From Candidatus Dormiibacterota bacterium (lineage in GTDB: Bacteria; Acidobacteriota; Terriglobia; Acidiferrales; UBA7541): 64,000 nt of DNA. Below, one piece after another: positions 15,847-25,695 of this stretch. A program made the translations under genes and the position numbers. The notes beneath the pieces are model-generated. The model did not search any database. It was given only the letters and a program-made list of their open reading frames with translations, and was not told where the DNA came from. The stretch lies in contig DATLSB010000164.1 of the NCBI GenBank assembly GCA_035534415.1, forward strand, positions 445 through 64,444, written 5' to 3'. The first letter of the stretch is position 1, and the number at the start of each line of letters is the position of its first letter.

Positions 15847-17192
15847 GTTTTCCGCGAGACATTTTGGTTTTCGTGGTGCTGGCGCCGGGTGCCATGTTCG
15901 CGATACTGGCATCGTTGTGGATGGTTGGCTGGACGCCCAGCGAGCGCGTTCTGACGTGGCTTACGGGCGCGACATTTCTCGGCTGCACACTCGGCGTCGC
16001 GGCGCTTGCTTGGACCATCTTGGCGCCGCGTGGTCCTTCAGCCGTCGTGGTCACGTTCGGCAATTGGTTTAGCGTCGGAGACTACCATTTCCCACTAGTG
16101 TTCATCGCGGACCGCCTTTCGCTGCCGTTCCTGGCGCTGGCAGCCGTGTTGTCCGGGTTGATCGGCCAGTTCTCCGCGACTTATCTTCATCGAGATTCGG
16201 GATTCCTGCGATTTTTCCTTTTTCTGCACCTTTTCGCGTTCGGATCATTGCTGGCATTTGCCTCCGGTTCATTCGATCTGCTGGCGGCAGGATGGGAAAT
16301 CGTGGGGATCACGTCGGTCTTGTTGATAGGTTTCTTTCAATTGAGGCCAGCACCTGTCGAAAACGGCCTTCGCGTTTTCGGCATATATCGCGCTTGTGAC
16401 ATTGGCCTGTTCTTAGGCGTATTCGCGATGCATCACTGGGCCGGGACAGCATCGTTCGATCACGGCTTTCCAATTCTCACCGGAAAACAGGCGCTAATCG
16501 TCAGTTTACTACTGCTGCTGGCCGCCTCTGGAAAAGCTGCGCAGGTTCCTTTTTCAGGATGGCTGCCACGCGCCATGGAAGGGCCGACTCCCTCGAGCGC
16601 CATCTTCTACGGGGCGATCTCGATTCATGCGGGCGCATTCCTGCTGCTTCGGGCGCAGCCGCTGCTGGCACAATCGGCGTTTGCTTCCACGCTGGTGATC
16701 TTGATCGGCGCGGCCACGGCCATCCACGGCACAATCGTCGGGCGCGCCAGCGCCGACGCCAAGACGTCGCTCGCGTATGCCACATTGACGCAAGTCGGCG
16801 TGGTGTTTATCGAGATTGGGTTGGGATGGAAATGGCTGGCGGTGGCACACATACTCGGCAATGCCACAGTGCGCACTATGCAGTATCTGCGTGCGCCCTC
16901 GATGCTTCACGACTACCACCAAATGCACTCCGCGATTGGAAGCGAGGTTGCACCGACGGGCAAGCAAATCGAGGAACTGCTGCCGGAGGGCGTCCAGCTA
17001 TGGCTCTATCGTTGGGCCTTCGATCGCGGCCATCTCGACACGATTCTGGACCGCTGGGTGATTGCTCCACTTCTGCAGGCTTCTGCGTATCTGGCAAAGG
17101 GTGATCGGATCGGAGGGCGTTCGGCGAACATGCGGCGGTTCGATGTAACGCCGATTACGTTGCCCGGCCCGGTCGGCCCGAGGGGCGAATAA
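15843..17192 (+). CDS. dabB: NuoL/MrpA-like proton-conducting membrane subunit (DabB-like, PF00361-type)
   Basis: GTGA overlap with the dabA stop. GWEIVGITSVLLIGFF and SGKAAQVPFSGWLPRAMEGPTPSSAIFYGAISIHAG match NuoL TM motifs. Confidence 0.85.
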   Translation: MSFPRDILVFVVLAPGAMFAILASLWMVGWTPSERVLTWLTGATFLGCTLGVAALAWTILAPRGPSAVVVTFGNWFSVGDYHFPLVFIADRLSLPFLALAAVLSGLIGQFSATYLHRDSGFLRFFLFLHLFAFGSLLAFASGSFDLLAAGWEIVGITSVLLIGFFQLRPAPVENGLRVFGIYRACDIGLFLGVFAMHHWAGTASFDHGFPILTGKQALIVSLLLLLAASGKAAQVPFSGWLPRAMEGPTPSSAIFYGAISIHAGAFLLLRAQPLLAQSAFASTLVILIGAATAIHGTIVGRASADAKTSLAYATLTQVGVVFIEIGLGWKWLAVAHILGNATVRTMQYLRAPSMLHDYHQMHSAIGSEVAPTGKQIEELLPEGVQLWLYRWAFDRGHLDTILDRWVIAPLLQASAYLAKGDRIGGRSANMRRFDVTPITLPGPVGPRGE

Positions 17193-18646
17193 TGTCCGCG
17201 CCCGGATGGATGATCCAAGCGCCGTTGTTAACGGATGTCTCCGTTGGAGTTCCGTGGTTGGCAGCGGGCCTTTTAACGGTATTCCGGCGACACGCGCGCG
17301 GCGTTGGTTGCGTGGCGGCAGTCCTGTCGGTAATCGCGAGTGCCATGCTCCTTTGGGAGGCAACCAAAGGAGCTTCACTGTATGAAGCGTTGATGCTCCT
17401 TTTCTCATGCCTGGCTCTCGGGGCGATGCTGGTGCTTCCGCGCCGTGACTGCACGTGGGAAACGGTCAACGGAATCCTTTTTCTGCTCGGGTGCACGCTG
17501 CTAGCGTACTCGGCTGAAAATCTGATCGTTTTGCTGGCCGCGTGGGTTTTGTCTGAAGTGCCATTCGTTTCTGCTGGATGGTTTAGAGCTGGCACTTGGC
17601 GTCCGTTGCTTGGGCTTCTATTGTCGAGTCTGGCCTTTGCGACTGCCATCGGGATAATCGTGGCCAGCACGGGAGTAGTCTCGATTCATTTGCTGAAGGA
17701 CCATAGCCCCGGGGGGATTGCAGCATTCGGGCTTCTCGTGATTGCGGTAATTTTTCGCAAAGGAATTTGCCCCGCTCACGCATGGGTGGCGGACGCAGCG
17801 GAGACTGGTCCAGCGGTTCCAACCGCACTTCTGTTGAACGGACATTTCGGAGCTTTGCTGGTCGTCAAGCTAATCGTGCCGCTGTTCCCGCGCACGGACG
17901 AACTCTTCCCAGTACTTTCGTATCTAGCGATCGTTACTGCCCTTTATGTCGCTATCCGTGCGCTCGGCGAGAATTCGCCCAGGCGCTTGCTGGCGTTTCT
18001 GGCGGTCAGCCAATCCGCTTGTATATTGAGCGGACTGGAAAGTCGCACGCCGGAAGGAATTGCCGGCGCGATCGTACATTGGTTCGTGGTTTCGGTGTCC
18101 ACGGTGGGCCTTTTCGGGATTTTGCGGCTGCTGGAGGTTCGTTTTGGTGAGAACCTCACGGCGAGCAAGCACCTCGGTTTGTCGGAACATGCGCCTCGCC
18201 TCGCAGTGTCGTTCGCGATCCTCGGCCTGGCATTGGTCGGCTTGCCCGGCACCCTGGGCTTCTGTTCTCAAGACTTGCTGATACATGGAGCGCTTACGTC
18301 GCATCCGCTCACCGGATTGCTGCTCCCCATCGCGACGGCAATGAATGCCATAAGCATATTTCGATTGTTCAGCCGTTTATTCCTGGGCAAGCGCCGAACC
18401 GATTTCACAGTGATGGCGGACGCAATGCCGCGCGAGCGATGGGCTCTCGCGGCCGGCGTTTTGTTCGTCGTCCTGGGAGGGTTGTTCCCGAACATGATCG
18501 TGATTCAGCATCCCGCGGAGGCCGACACTGTCAAAGAAGCCGTCCTCCGTCGCCGTGGCCGAGAAGATACGAAGACAGGAAATGCACGTTTCCTACATAA
18601 AACCGTCTCATGGCGTGGCGAAAGTAATTGGCAACGAGGTCGTTAA
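17192..18646 (+). CDS. second, divergent NuoN/NuoM/MrpD-like antiporter-type membrane subunit
   Basis: TAATG overlap with the previous gene. Polytopic. FRKGICPAHAWVADAAETGPAVPTALLL resembles the K..P.H.WLPDA motif. The last ~40 aa overlap a convergent gene and look non-native. Confidence 0.8.
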   Translation: MSAPGWMIQAPLLTDVSVGVPWLAAGLLTVFRRHARGVGCVAAVLSVIASAMLLWEATKGASLYEALMLLFSCLALGAMLVLPRRDCTWETVNGILFLLGCTLLAYSAENLIVLLAAWVLSEVPFVSAGWFRAGTWRPLLGLLLSSLAFATAIGIIVASTGVVSIHLLKDHSPGGIAAFGLLVIAVIFRKGICPAHAWVADAAETGPAVPTALLLNGHFGALLVVKLIVPLFPRTDELFPVLSYLAIVTALYVAIRALGENSPRRLLAFLAVSQSACILSGLESRTPEGIAGAIVHWFVVSVSTVGLFGILRLLEVRFGENLTASKHLGLSEHAPRLAVSFAILGLALVGLPGTLGFCSQDLLIHGALTSHPLTGLLLPIATAMNAISIFRLFSRLFLGKRRTDFTVMADAMPRERWALAAGVLFVVLGGLFPNMIVIQHPAEADTVKEAVLRRRGREDTKTGNARFLHKTVSWRGESNWQRGR

Positions 18647-18821
18647 GATCTTCGGTAATTTCGTCCTGCGTTAGAACTCTGACGAATCGTACGACGAATT
18701 CCGGACTGACGAGCCACAGGGCGATGCCGCCGGCGATCTCCACGACACCATCCAGCCCTTTGAAAACCACTCCTAGTCGAAACAGAAGTTTTCGAAGACG
18801 AGCTTTGTCAATTTGGGTCAT
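18531..18821 (-). CDS. small membrane protein, DUF2127-like (possibly 3'-truncated)
   Basis: FKGLDGVVEIAGGIALWLV...LTQDEITEDLNDLVANYF...SSYLLGHG resembles DUF2127 from memory. It starts 30 nt after the outer-membrane factor stop. Confidence 0.5.
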   Translation of the reverse strand: MTQIDKARLRKLLFRLGVVFKGLDGVVEIAGGIALWLVSPEFVVRFVRVLTQDEITEDLNDLVANYFRHAMRRFYVGNVHFLSSYLLGHGDGGRLL

Positions 18822-18851
18822 CGGGTTTAAGGATCAAAACTCCGTGCGTGC

Positions 18852-20207
18852 CTACGGCGTGTTGGCTCCTGTACCAAATGGCAGGCCCAAGAGAGTGTTC
18901 AAAGATGATTGCGCGGTCGCGAGAGAGCCACGCAACTTAATTTCTTCGGCTTCGGTTGTCAGCAGGCTTGATTCGACGGTTACATACAAAGCCGCAGACA
19001 CGTTCGCCTGCTCGAAGCCTTGCTTGGCAGCCGCGGCCGTCTGGCGCAGGACTGCGAGTCGCGCATCGAGATCGCCAAGTTGTTTCTGCATAATTTTCGT
19101 CGCTTCCCAGACTTGGTTGGCACTACCTACGGCCTGGTCAAGCCGCGCCTGATACGCTTCGCGAAGGACGGTCCGCGTTGCCCGTTGAATCGCGATGTTG
19201 CCGCGGTTGCGATTGAAAAGCGGCAGCGATAACGTGACGTTCGGCCCGAAACTGTTCACTCCTTCCACCGAATCGCGGCTGTACGTGACGCCGGCGCTTA
19301 GGTCTGGAAATTGCGCGAGAATGGCCTCGCGTAAACTTTGCTGCTGAGCTTCATATCCTGCCTGAAGTGCGAGCAGGTCCGCGCGGCGACGCGGGAGCGC
19401 GGTCACTGCTGCTTGGAACTGTGCTTTCGGGAGCGCTTGCATGGCAGTGGGGCCGGTCAACTGAAGCTGCACGCCTGGCTGCAGTCCAAGCAACTGATCG
19501 AGCTGTTGGCAGGTGGCGCTCGCGTTCAGTTGAAACTGGCGGAGTTTACTTTCAGCGTCCGCGAGTAACGTGAGGTCCGCTGTCGCAATGCTAATCGTGA
19601 TGTCCTCTCTGTGCAGAGCCGCCTGATCTTGGCGATAACGTTCGGCGAAAAAGTCGCGCGCTGAGGCCAGCACTCGCTGAAGTTGAGCGTTCGATTGCGA
19701 TTGGATAAATAGCTCCCGGGCTCGCTCCGCGACCTGCCATTCCTGCCAGAGGATATTGAGCTGCACCTGCCGTTCGTTCGCTCTGGCTGCGGCTTTTGCA
19801 GCGCCGCGAGAAATCAGGGCTTGAATGTCCTCGCTGAGTCCGATACCACCACCATAGTTCAAGGCGGATTTTGCGAAATCCGCACTCAGCACCGGATCGG
19901 GCAGCAATCCCGCTTGAAGAAGCTGGGCGCTTGCCACTCCTTCCTGCAGCCGCGCCGTTTTGAGGTCGGGATTGTCAAAAACGGCTAGCGTGACCACGGC
20001 CGTTTCGTCCAGGCCATTCTTTGGAAACGAATGCGGCTTGAGTCCCGGCAGCCAAAATTCGCTGGCAGGAACCGTGAGCGGTGGTGTGGCAGCCAAGTCA
20101 GGAGCCGGCGGCAACGGAGCCGGATGATAAACAGCGCAGCCCGCGAGGCAGGCCAATGCCAAGCAAAAGGCGAATTTCAGCAGCCGCACGCGATGATGCG
20201 ACCTCAT
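18852..20207 (-). CDS. outer-membrane efflux lipoprotein (TolC/CzcC-like OMF) of the RND system
   Basis: Start at the internal Met MRSHHRVRLLKFAFCLALACLAGC (lipobox), which has an ATGA overlap with the RND stop. The coiled-coil-rich OEP-type sequence follows. The 242-codon upstream extension lies inside the RND gene. Confidence 0.85.
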   Translation of the reverse strand: MRSHHRVRLLKFAFCLALACLAGCAVYHPAPLPPAPDLAATPPLTVPASEFWLPGLKPHSFPKNGLDETAVVTLAVFDNPDLKTARLQEGVASAQLLQAGLLPDPVLSADFAKSALNYGGGIGLSEDIQALISRGAAKAAARANERQVQLNILWQEWQVAERARELFIQSQSNAQLQRVLASARDFFAERYRQDQAALHREDITISIATADLTLLADAESKLRQFQLNASATCQQLDQLLGLQPGVQLQLTGPTAMQALPKAQFQAAVTALPRRRADLLALQAGYEAQQQSLREAILAQFPDLSAGVTYSRDSVEGVNSFGPNVTLSLPLFNRNRGNIAIQRATRTVLREAYQARLDQAVGSANQVWEATKIMQKQLGDLDARLAVLRQTAAAAKQGFEQANVSAALYVTVESSLLTTEAEEIKLRGSLATAQSSLNTLLGLPFGTGANTP

Positions 20208-23200
20208 GCCAAATTCGCCTTTGCTATTTGTTTGCGGCGCTGATCGAGGTATAGGGCCGGAATCAGATTGGCGCTGAGCAACGCGCTCCAAAAGATGCCT
20301 CCCATGACGACGACCGCTAGTCCTTGCTCCGGCGCGGCGCCCTGTCCCCAACCCAGTGCGGTCGGCAACATACCCAGAACCGCTGTTAACGTAGTGAGGG
20401 TGATCGGACGAAAGCGCACGTGGACTGCCTCGGTCACTGCCTCCTCGGGTGCCATTCCCGAAGCCTCGTTGCGCCGTGCGCGGTACAGCAGCACGATTCC
20501 GTGGTTGAGTCCGATGCCGACCAAGGTCAGCAAGCCGACCAAACCCACAGCGTTCAATCCGACTCCACTGGCGATCAGCGCCATCAAGCCTCCGCTGAAA
20601 GCGAGAGGAATCTGCAACAGCAGTATCCCGGGCACTAGAAGTCCCTCGAACTGAAGAATCATAATTCCGGCCATGAGCACGAACGCCGCAGCAGCAGCGA
20701 TCGCCAGTCCCAGAGCGGCATCCTCCAGCTGCGGATAAAGACCACCGAATGCGATCCGGTATCCCGGCGGCAGACGCAAACCGCTTAAGGCGGAACGGGC
20801 AGACGCGATAGCGCTGCCCAGCGGTCCAGTGGGCGTCGCGAGGATCTGCAGCGCTCGTGCACCATCGATATGACGAATTTGGATCGGCGTGGTAATCATC
20901 TTCAGACTCGCCAATTGCCCGAGCGGGGTCCAACCGGCGGTGCGAATCGGCAGTCTGCTCAGATCATCGAGAGACTTTTGGGGAGCGTCGGCCAATCGCA
21001 CGTAGATGTCGAGTGGAACATTTCCCTCCGGCACCTGCGCCACGATGTCGCCGTTCAACAAAGGCGAAATCTGATCGTTCAATTCAAACGGGGTTAGCCC
21101 GGATGCGGCAAGCGCTCCTGGTTTCGGCTCCAACTGAAGTTCCGTAACTGGATACGCATCGTTATTAAAAACGCCGCTGAGTGCAGGCACGGTTCTAAGT
21201 CGCGCGGTTATTTCGTCTGCTAGCGTTCGCAATTCAGTGACGCTGCTTCCGTACAGATTCAGGACAAACGGTTGAGGCAAGCCGGAAAGGCTCTCACCAA
21301 CGCGTTCGATTGTTGGTGTATCGAACGCAAGTTGCACCCCGGGGAACTGGCTCTTGGCGTGTAGACGATCTGCGATCTCCGTGAGGCTGTTTACGCTCAC
21401 GTTCGGTTTCAGCGTCACTTGAATTTCGCCGGCGTACGCGGGTTCCGTGTACATGGTGCTGGTTGATGAACCGATGCGCGCGAAGGTGTGCCCCACCGCC
21501 GGATCGGAGCGCAGGCGTCGCGTGATGTCCGTCACCGTGCGTTCCGTGTCGAGCATCGAACTTCCGGGCGCAAGCGCGAAACTTTCCAGTAGCACGCCTT
21601 CGTTCGGTAGCGGAAGGAAATTAACTGGGACGAGGACGAGTCCGCCGATACTGGCCACGAGTATTACGACGCATGAAATCAAACTCGCTCGCGGATGCCG
21701 TGCGACGAAATGGAACAATCGCATATTTCCGCTGCTCAGCTTGTCAAGCGCTCTGGTCGCGCTGGTCGGGGTTTCTCTCGCGCGCGTCCGCAAAAGGCCC
21801 AGACTCAACGGCACCAAGCTCAGCGAAATCACGAGCGACGCGAGCAGAGCGAGTGCCATAGCCAGCGCGAATGGGATGAAAAACAGCCCTGCCAGCCCGC
21901 CCACAAACAGCAGCGGAATAAACACTGCCCCAGTTGTGAGGGTTCCCGTAACGTCGGGGCTTGCGATTTCCCTAAGCCCATTCGCGATTCCGACTCGATG
22001 CTCGTCGCCCTGTTCCCAGCGATGGTAGATGCTTTCGAGCACAATGATTCCGTCGTCGGCGAGCAGACCAACAGCCACAGTTAGCGCGCCGAGGGTCATC
22101 AAGTTGAGACTCTGGCCCGCAGAGTAGAGTCCAGCGATGGCCATGAGCAGCGACAACGGAATGCTAATCGCAAGAATCCATACCCCGCCGCTCGCTCCCA
22201 GAACCCAGAGCATCACCGCAATCGCCAGCGTGCCGCCGATCAGCAGGTTGCGCGTCAAATCCGCGCCGACAACGTGCACCAAGTGCCCTTGATCGTAGAT
22301 GCGCACCCAATGCACGCCGTGCGGTAATTGGCCCGACGTCTCGGTCAAAGTAGACTGGACAGCCTGAGTCACGGGCACAGTCGAAGCGCCGGGCTGCTTG
22401 AAAACGATCAGCGCAATACTGTGCTTGCTGTCGAAATAGATAGTGTTCAGGGTAGGAACGGGGCCGCGCACAATGCGCGCAAGATTGCCGAGAGGAATTC
22501 GACCGGTGATGCTTGAAACGGGAATGTCCGCCAATTCCGAGGTGGTCACTGGCAGGTTGCGGACTTCGATGAACGTGTCCTGGTGGCTTTGCGAAAGATA
22601 TCCGCCCGGCTGCAACAGCACGTCCTGTTGCAGCGCTTGCGTGATCGATGTGATCGGCACGCGATAGCGCACCATTGCGCTTAGGTCTGGTTGCACCCAC
22701 AAACCTTCGTCACCAGCGCCATACACTTCCACTCGCTGCACGCCCGGCAGGGCGCGCAGCGCGGGCACAATATTGGCGAGAACGTCCCGCTGGACCTCCA
22801 CGGGCGGGACGGTCACGGGTATTTGGGCAGTGTAGTCGGCCACTTCGTTGATGGCGTTCCCCATGATCTCGGCGAGCGGATGCACGGATGTAGGAATGCG
22901 CCCACGCGCCCGATCGATGGCGCCGTTCACGGATTGAAGCTCAGCCTGCGGATCGGTCCCCTGCTGAAACCGCACGTCCGTCTCTACTGTGCCATTGCCC
23001 ATTGTGCTGCGCAGGTTGACGATGTTCGGCAGCGCGAGAATCTCGCCTTCCACCGGCCAAGTAATCTGCGTCTCCAGTTCCTCGGCGGTTGCCCCAGGCT
23101 CATGAGTAATGACGCTGATCTCAGGAAAGTTAAACTGTGGCAACACCTCGACCGGAATTTTCCAAAGTGCGTACGCCCCGTATCCAACTAGCGCGCCGTA

Positions 23201-23263
23201 GACCAGCACCCAAAATACTGGTTGTAGCAGTAGACGACTGAGCGTGTTTTGTTGGTTCATCAT
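20204..23263 (-). CDS. RND efflux transporter permease (AcrB/CzcA superfamily)
   Basis: 1019 aa with 12-TM/two-large-loop RND architecture. N-terminus ...IPVEVLPQFNFPEISVITHEPGATAEELE is CzcA/CusA-like. Confidence 0.95.
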   Translation of the reverse strand: MMNQQNTLSRLLLQPVFWVLVYGALVGYGAYALWKIPVEVLPQFNFPEISVITHEPGATAEELETQITWPVEGEILALPNIVNLRSTMGNGTVETDVRFQQGTDPQAELQSVNGAIDRARGRIPTSVHPLAEIMGNAINEVADYTAQIPVTVPPVEVQRDVLANIVPALRALPGVQRVEVYGAGDEGLWVQPDLSAMVRYRVPITSITQALQQDVLLQPGGYLSQSHQDTFIEVRNLPVTTSELADIPVSSITGRIPLGNLARIVRGPVPTLNTIYFDSKHSIALIVFKQPGASTVPVTQAVQSTLTETSGQLPHGVHWVRIYDQGHLVHVVGADLTRNLLIGGTLAIAVMLWVLGASGGVWILAISIPLSLLMAIAGLYSAGQSLNLMTLGALTVAVGLLADDGIIVLESIYHRWEQGDEHRVGIANGLREIASPDVTGTLTTGAVFIPLLFVGGLAGLFFIPFALAMALALLASLVISLSLVPLSLGLLRTRARETPTSATRALDKLSSGNMRLFHFVARHPRASLISCVVILVASIGGLVLVPVNFLPLPNEGVLLESFALAPGSSMLDTERTVTDITRRLRSDPAVGHTFARIGSSTSTMYTEPAYAGEIQVTLKPNVSVNSLTEIADRLHAKSQFPGVQLAFDTPTIERVGESLSGLPQPFVLNLYGSSVTELRTLADEITARLRTVPALSGVFNNDAYPVTELQLEPKPGALAASGLTPFELNDQISPLLNGDIVAQVPEGNVPLDIYVRLADAPQKSLDDLSRLPIRTAGWTPLGQLASLKMITTPIQIRHIDGARALQILATPTGPLGSAIASARSALSGLRLPPGYRIAFGGLYPQLEDAALGLAIAAAAAFVLMAGIMILQFEGLLVPGILLLQIPLAFSGGLMALIASGVGLNAVGLVGLLTLVGIGLNHGIVLLYRARRNEASGMAPEEAVTEAVHVRFRPITLTTLTAVLGMLPTALGWGQGAAPEQGLAVVVMGGIFWSALLSANLIPALYLDQRRKQIAKANLA

Positions 23264-23266
23264 GAA

Positions 23267-24409
23267 TTATTGGTCCGGAGGTTGATAGGTGTTCGAAATG
23301 CCGCGATGGAATAGAAGATAGGCATTCTCAACGACCACCTGCGAACCCACGCTCACTCCGCTTTCAAGAAACGTGTTCCAGCCTTGCGTGGGTCCGGGCA
23401 CGACCTGCTGCGGATGGTCACCCTGCGCCGTATGCACTAGCACCCACCATTTGCCTTGGTCGAGAATCAGCGAACGCGTAGGTACCGCGACCAGCTTTCG
23501 AGACGGCTGGTCGAGCGTTACAGTGCCGAATTCGCCGTTGATCCACTGCGCCGTTGAACTCACCGGCGTCAGCCCAATCATTTCTCCTTCGCCTGCGGTC
23601 ATCGCACCGAAGATAGCTCGAACTCGAACCGAAATAGGCGCGCTTCCGTTTGCAGGCGAAAAGACGCCCGTCATTCCAACTCGAATCAGCGACAAATCGG
23701 CGCCGTAGTACGAAGCCTGTAGCCACAACCTGGCGGTCGTCTGAAGCGTCACCACTGGCAGCCCGGTGCTAACGAGCTGGCCGTCCGACGCATTGATGGC
23801 GAGCACCGTCCCATTTGCTGGCGCAGAAATGGTCATCATCTGGCGCACGGCCTGCAGATGCGACTGCGCGTTATCCAAATTCGTTCGAGCCTGAGCCGCA
23901 GCGCTCTCGGCCTGTTGAACTGCGGCCCGCGTGCTCAGATGGGAGGGCAACTGTTCGCGTTCGATCGCCAAAATCTTCTGATCGGCCGTGAGCTGCGCCT
24001 GCGCGCTGCGAGCGTCCGCTGCACTTTGCTGAAGGGCCAACTGTATGGCCGGTCCGCTCAGGTGCGCGATTTCCTGCCCTGCGCGGACGTGCATACCGGG
24101 GAGTACGCTGAGACCGGCCACGGTTCCTTTCTCTGCCGCATTCACAGGGAGCGCAGAAATGGGTTCCACTTGGCCGTAGGATTCCAGCGTGGGAGTGACC
24201 ATGCTTGCTTCTACGGTTATGTACGCTGGCTCCGAAGAAGAGGGCGCGTCCGTCACAGGCGTCGAGTCAACACTCGTCTGCGCGGCGAACGAGGCGTGGG
24301 ATTCTGCTCTCTTCCGGGCTTGCGCATTGGTGCGAGACTCCTTGCCCAGGTGAACACCCACCAGCAGCGCCACAATAACAACAGCAGTCGCTGCAGCGAT
24401 TCTTCTCAT
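23267..24409 (-). CDS. RND periplasmic adaptor (membrane fusion protein, HlyD/CzcB-like)
   Basis: 380 aa. N-terminal TM segment, coiled-coil region AQAQLTADQKILAIEREQL, then beta-barrel/lipoyl-type segments. Confidence 0.9.
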   Translation of the reverse strand: MRRIAAATAVVIVALLVGVHLGKESRTNAQARKRAESHASFAAQTSVDSTPVTDAPSSSEPAYITVEASMVTPTLESYGQVEPISALPVNAAEKGTVAGLSVLPGMHVRAGQEIAHLSGPAIQLALQQSAADARSAQAQLTADQKILAIEREQLPSHLSTRAAVQQAESAAAQARTNLDNAQSHLQAVRQMMTISAPANGTVLAINASDGQLVSTGLPVVTLQTTARLWLQASYYGADLSLIRVGMTGVFSPANGSAPISVRVRAIFGAMTAGEGEMIGLTPVSSTAQWINGEFGTVTLDQPSRKLVAVPTRSLILDQGKWWVLVHTAQGDHPQQVVPGPTQGWNTFLESGVSVGSQVVVENAYLLFHRGISNTYQPPDQ

Positions 24410-24514
24410 TCTTCAGACTCCCTTCGGTCGTGGCGTACAGGCGCACCGAACCCGAAACAAATCGACAACTAGCTTGTGAGAAACGAGCGAATTACAAGCG
24501 AGACAAAACTGAGA

Positions 24515-24988
24515 CTAGATGCGGAGAGGAGAGTAAGTTGGAACCAGCGGAATCGAACTGCCAGCAGACAAACACGGCACGCAGAGCGGGGCCGAGCACG
24601 GGCTGAACAACCGGGTCGTCCACCTGCGGCTGCACGCGATAATGGCTGCGGCCAAAGCGGCCGCAATTGCTATTGCCTTCGTAATCGCGTCATGTGGCGA
24701 AAAGAGCGTGCGTCCAAGTTGAGCATCGACCGTGAGAACGGACGCACCTAATGATGTCGCGAGTAACGATAAGAAAGCGGTGCCGAGGAGAAGCTGCCGC
24801 GTCAGAGAAATAGTCGAGCGCTGTAAGACTAGGGCGGCACCGAGCATCACGCAGACTAAACCTAGAGCAAATACGACGTTTACGCTCGGCCAAAAATGGT
24901 CCCAGTGGTCGTAGGGCAAGTAGCCTATAGCAAACGGAAATAGCAAAAATAAAGAACTTGCCGTCAAAGCTGTGAGCCAGCGCCGCAT
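24515..24988 (-). CDS. hypothetical polytopic membrane protein (start uncertain)
   Basis: Hydrophobic segments run from MRRWLTALTASSLFLLFPFAIGY. The longer ORF up to 25171 adds a CMSCH heme-like motif that may belong to a decayed upstream gene. Confidence 0.35.
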   Translation of the reverse strand: MRRWLTALTASSLFLLFPFAIGYLPYDHWDHFWPSVNVVFALGLVCVMLGAALVLQRSTISLTRQLLLGTAFLSLLATSLGASVLTVDAQLGRTLFSPHDAITKAIAIAAALAAAIIACSRRWTTRLFSPCSAPLCVPCLSAGSSIPLVPTYSPLRI

Positions 24989-25695
24989 TGCAAGAAAAAT
25001 GATAGCACCCCAAAAATCAAAAGCAACCGCGCATTCTATCGAAACTCTGCGAATGCCTTCCCTACATGCGCCAAGGGGAGTATCAGCGCTGCAACATTGT
25101 GTCGCCCATTGTACGGACCTGTCCGTGTGGCATGACATGCAAGGATTGGGAATGCCGTACATAATCGTCATCGCGTCAAGTTGATCGGCTCAAATCCGCA
25201 ACAAACGACAGACGAAAAAGAGCAAATCGCGTTGCCCTCCGATTTATCTCGGCTCCGGCAAGTCGTGATAAATTAAATTTCACGGCTGTCACCCGAAGGC
25301 TCTGGGCAGTTCGTTCAAGCTGCCGAGCATTCGGTCAGTGAAAGGCTTGCGCCGAGCAGGAGAAGCGCCTGCCTCGTGAGCAGGTGCTCTGCCCCCGGTC
25401 GTTGGTAGGATTAGGCTTCGGTAACCGAACATTCGCTCGCCATACGCGACTTGGTTTGCGCCAGCGCGTAGCAAGTGATTTCCCTCGAAGAGCTGGCGCT
25501 CCTGCCTCCCAAGTAGGCGTCCCACCGAATGGCACTCGGTGGTTGTCCTCGGTGACTTTCGTTCATACGCAATTGCACGCTGGACGCGGGACGCGGCGTG
25601 GGTTTGCGAATAGCGATTGGGTGATTTTCGATTTGGACCATCCGTATCATCGCCCGCGGACCTGGAGACTTTCTACCTGAGCATCTCGAATGAGT

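Noticed and set aside
20208-20933. 242-codon N-terminal extension of the outer-membrane factor ORF (18852-20933)
   Set aside because: It lies entirely within the RND pump gene in another frame. A lipoprotein signal peptide follows the internal Met that overlaps the pump stop (ATGA).
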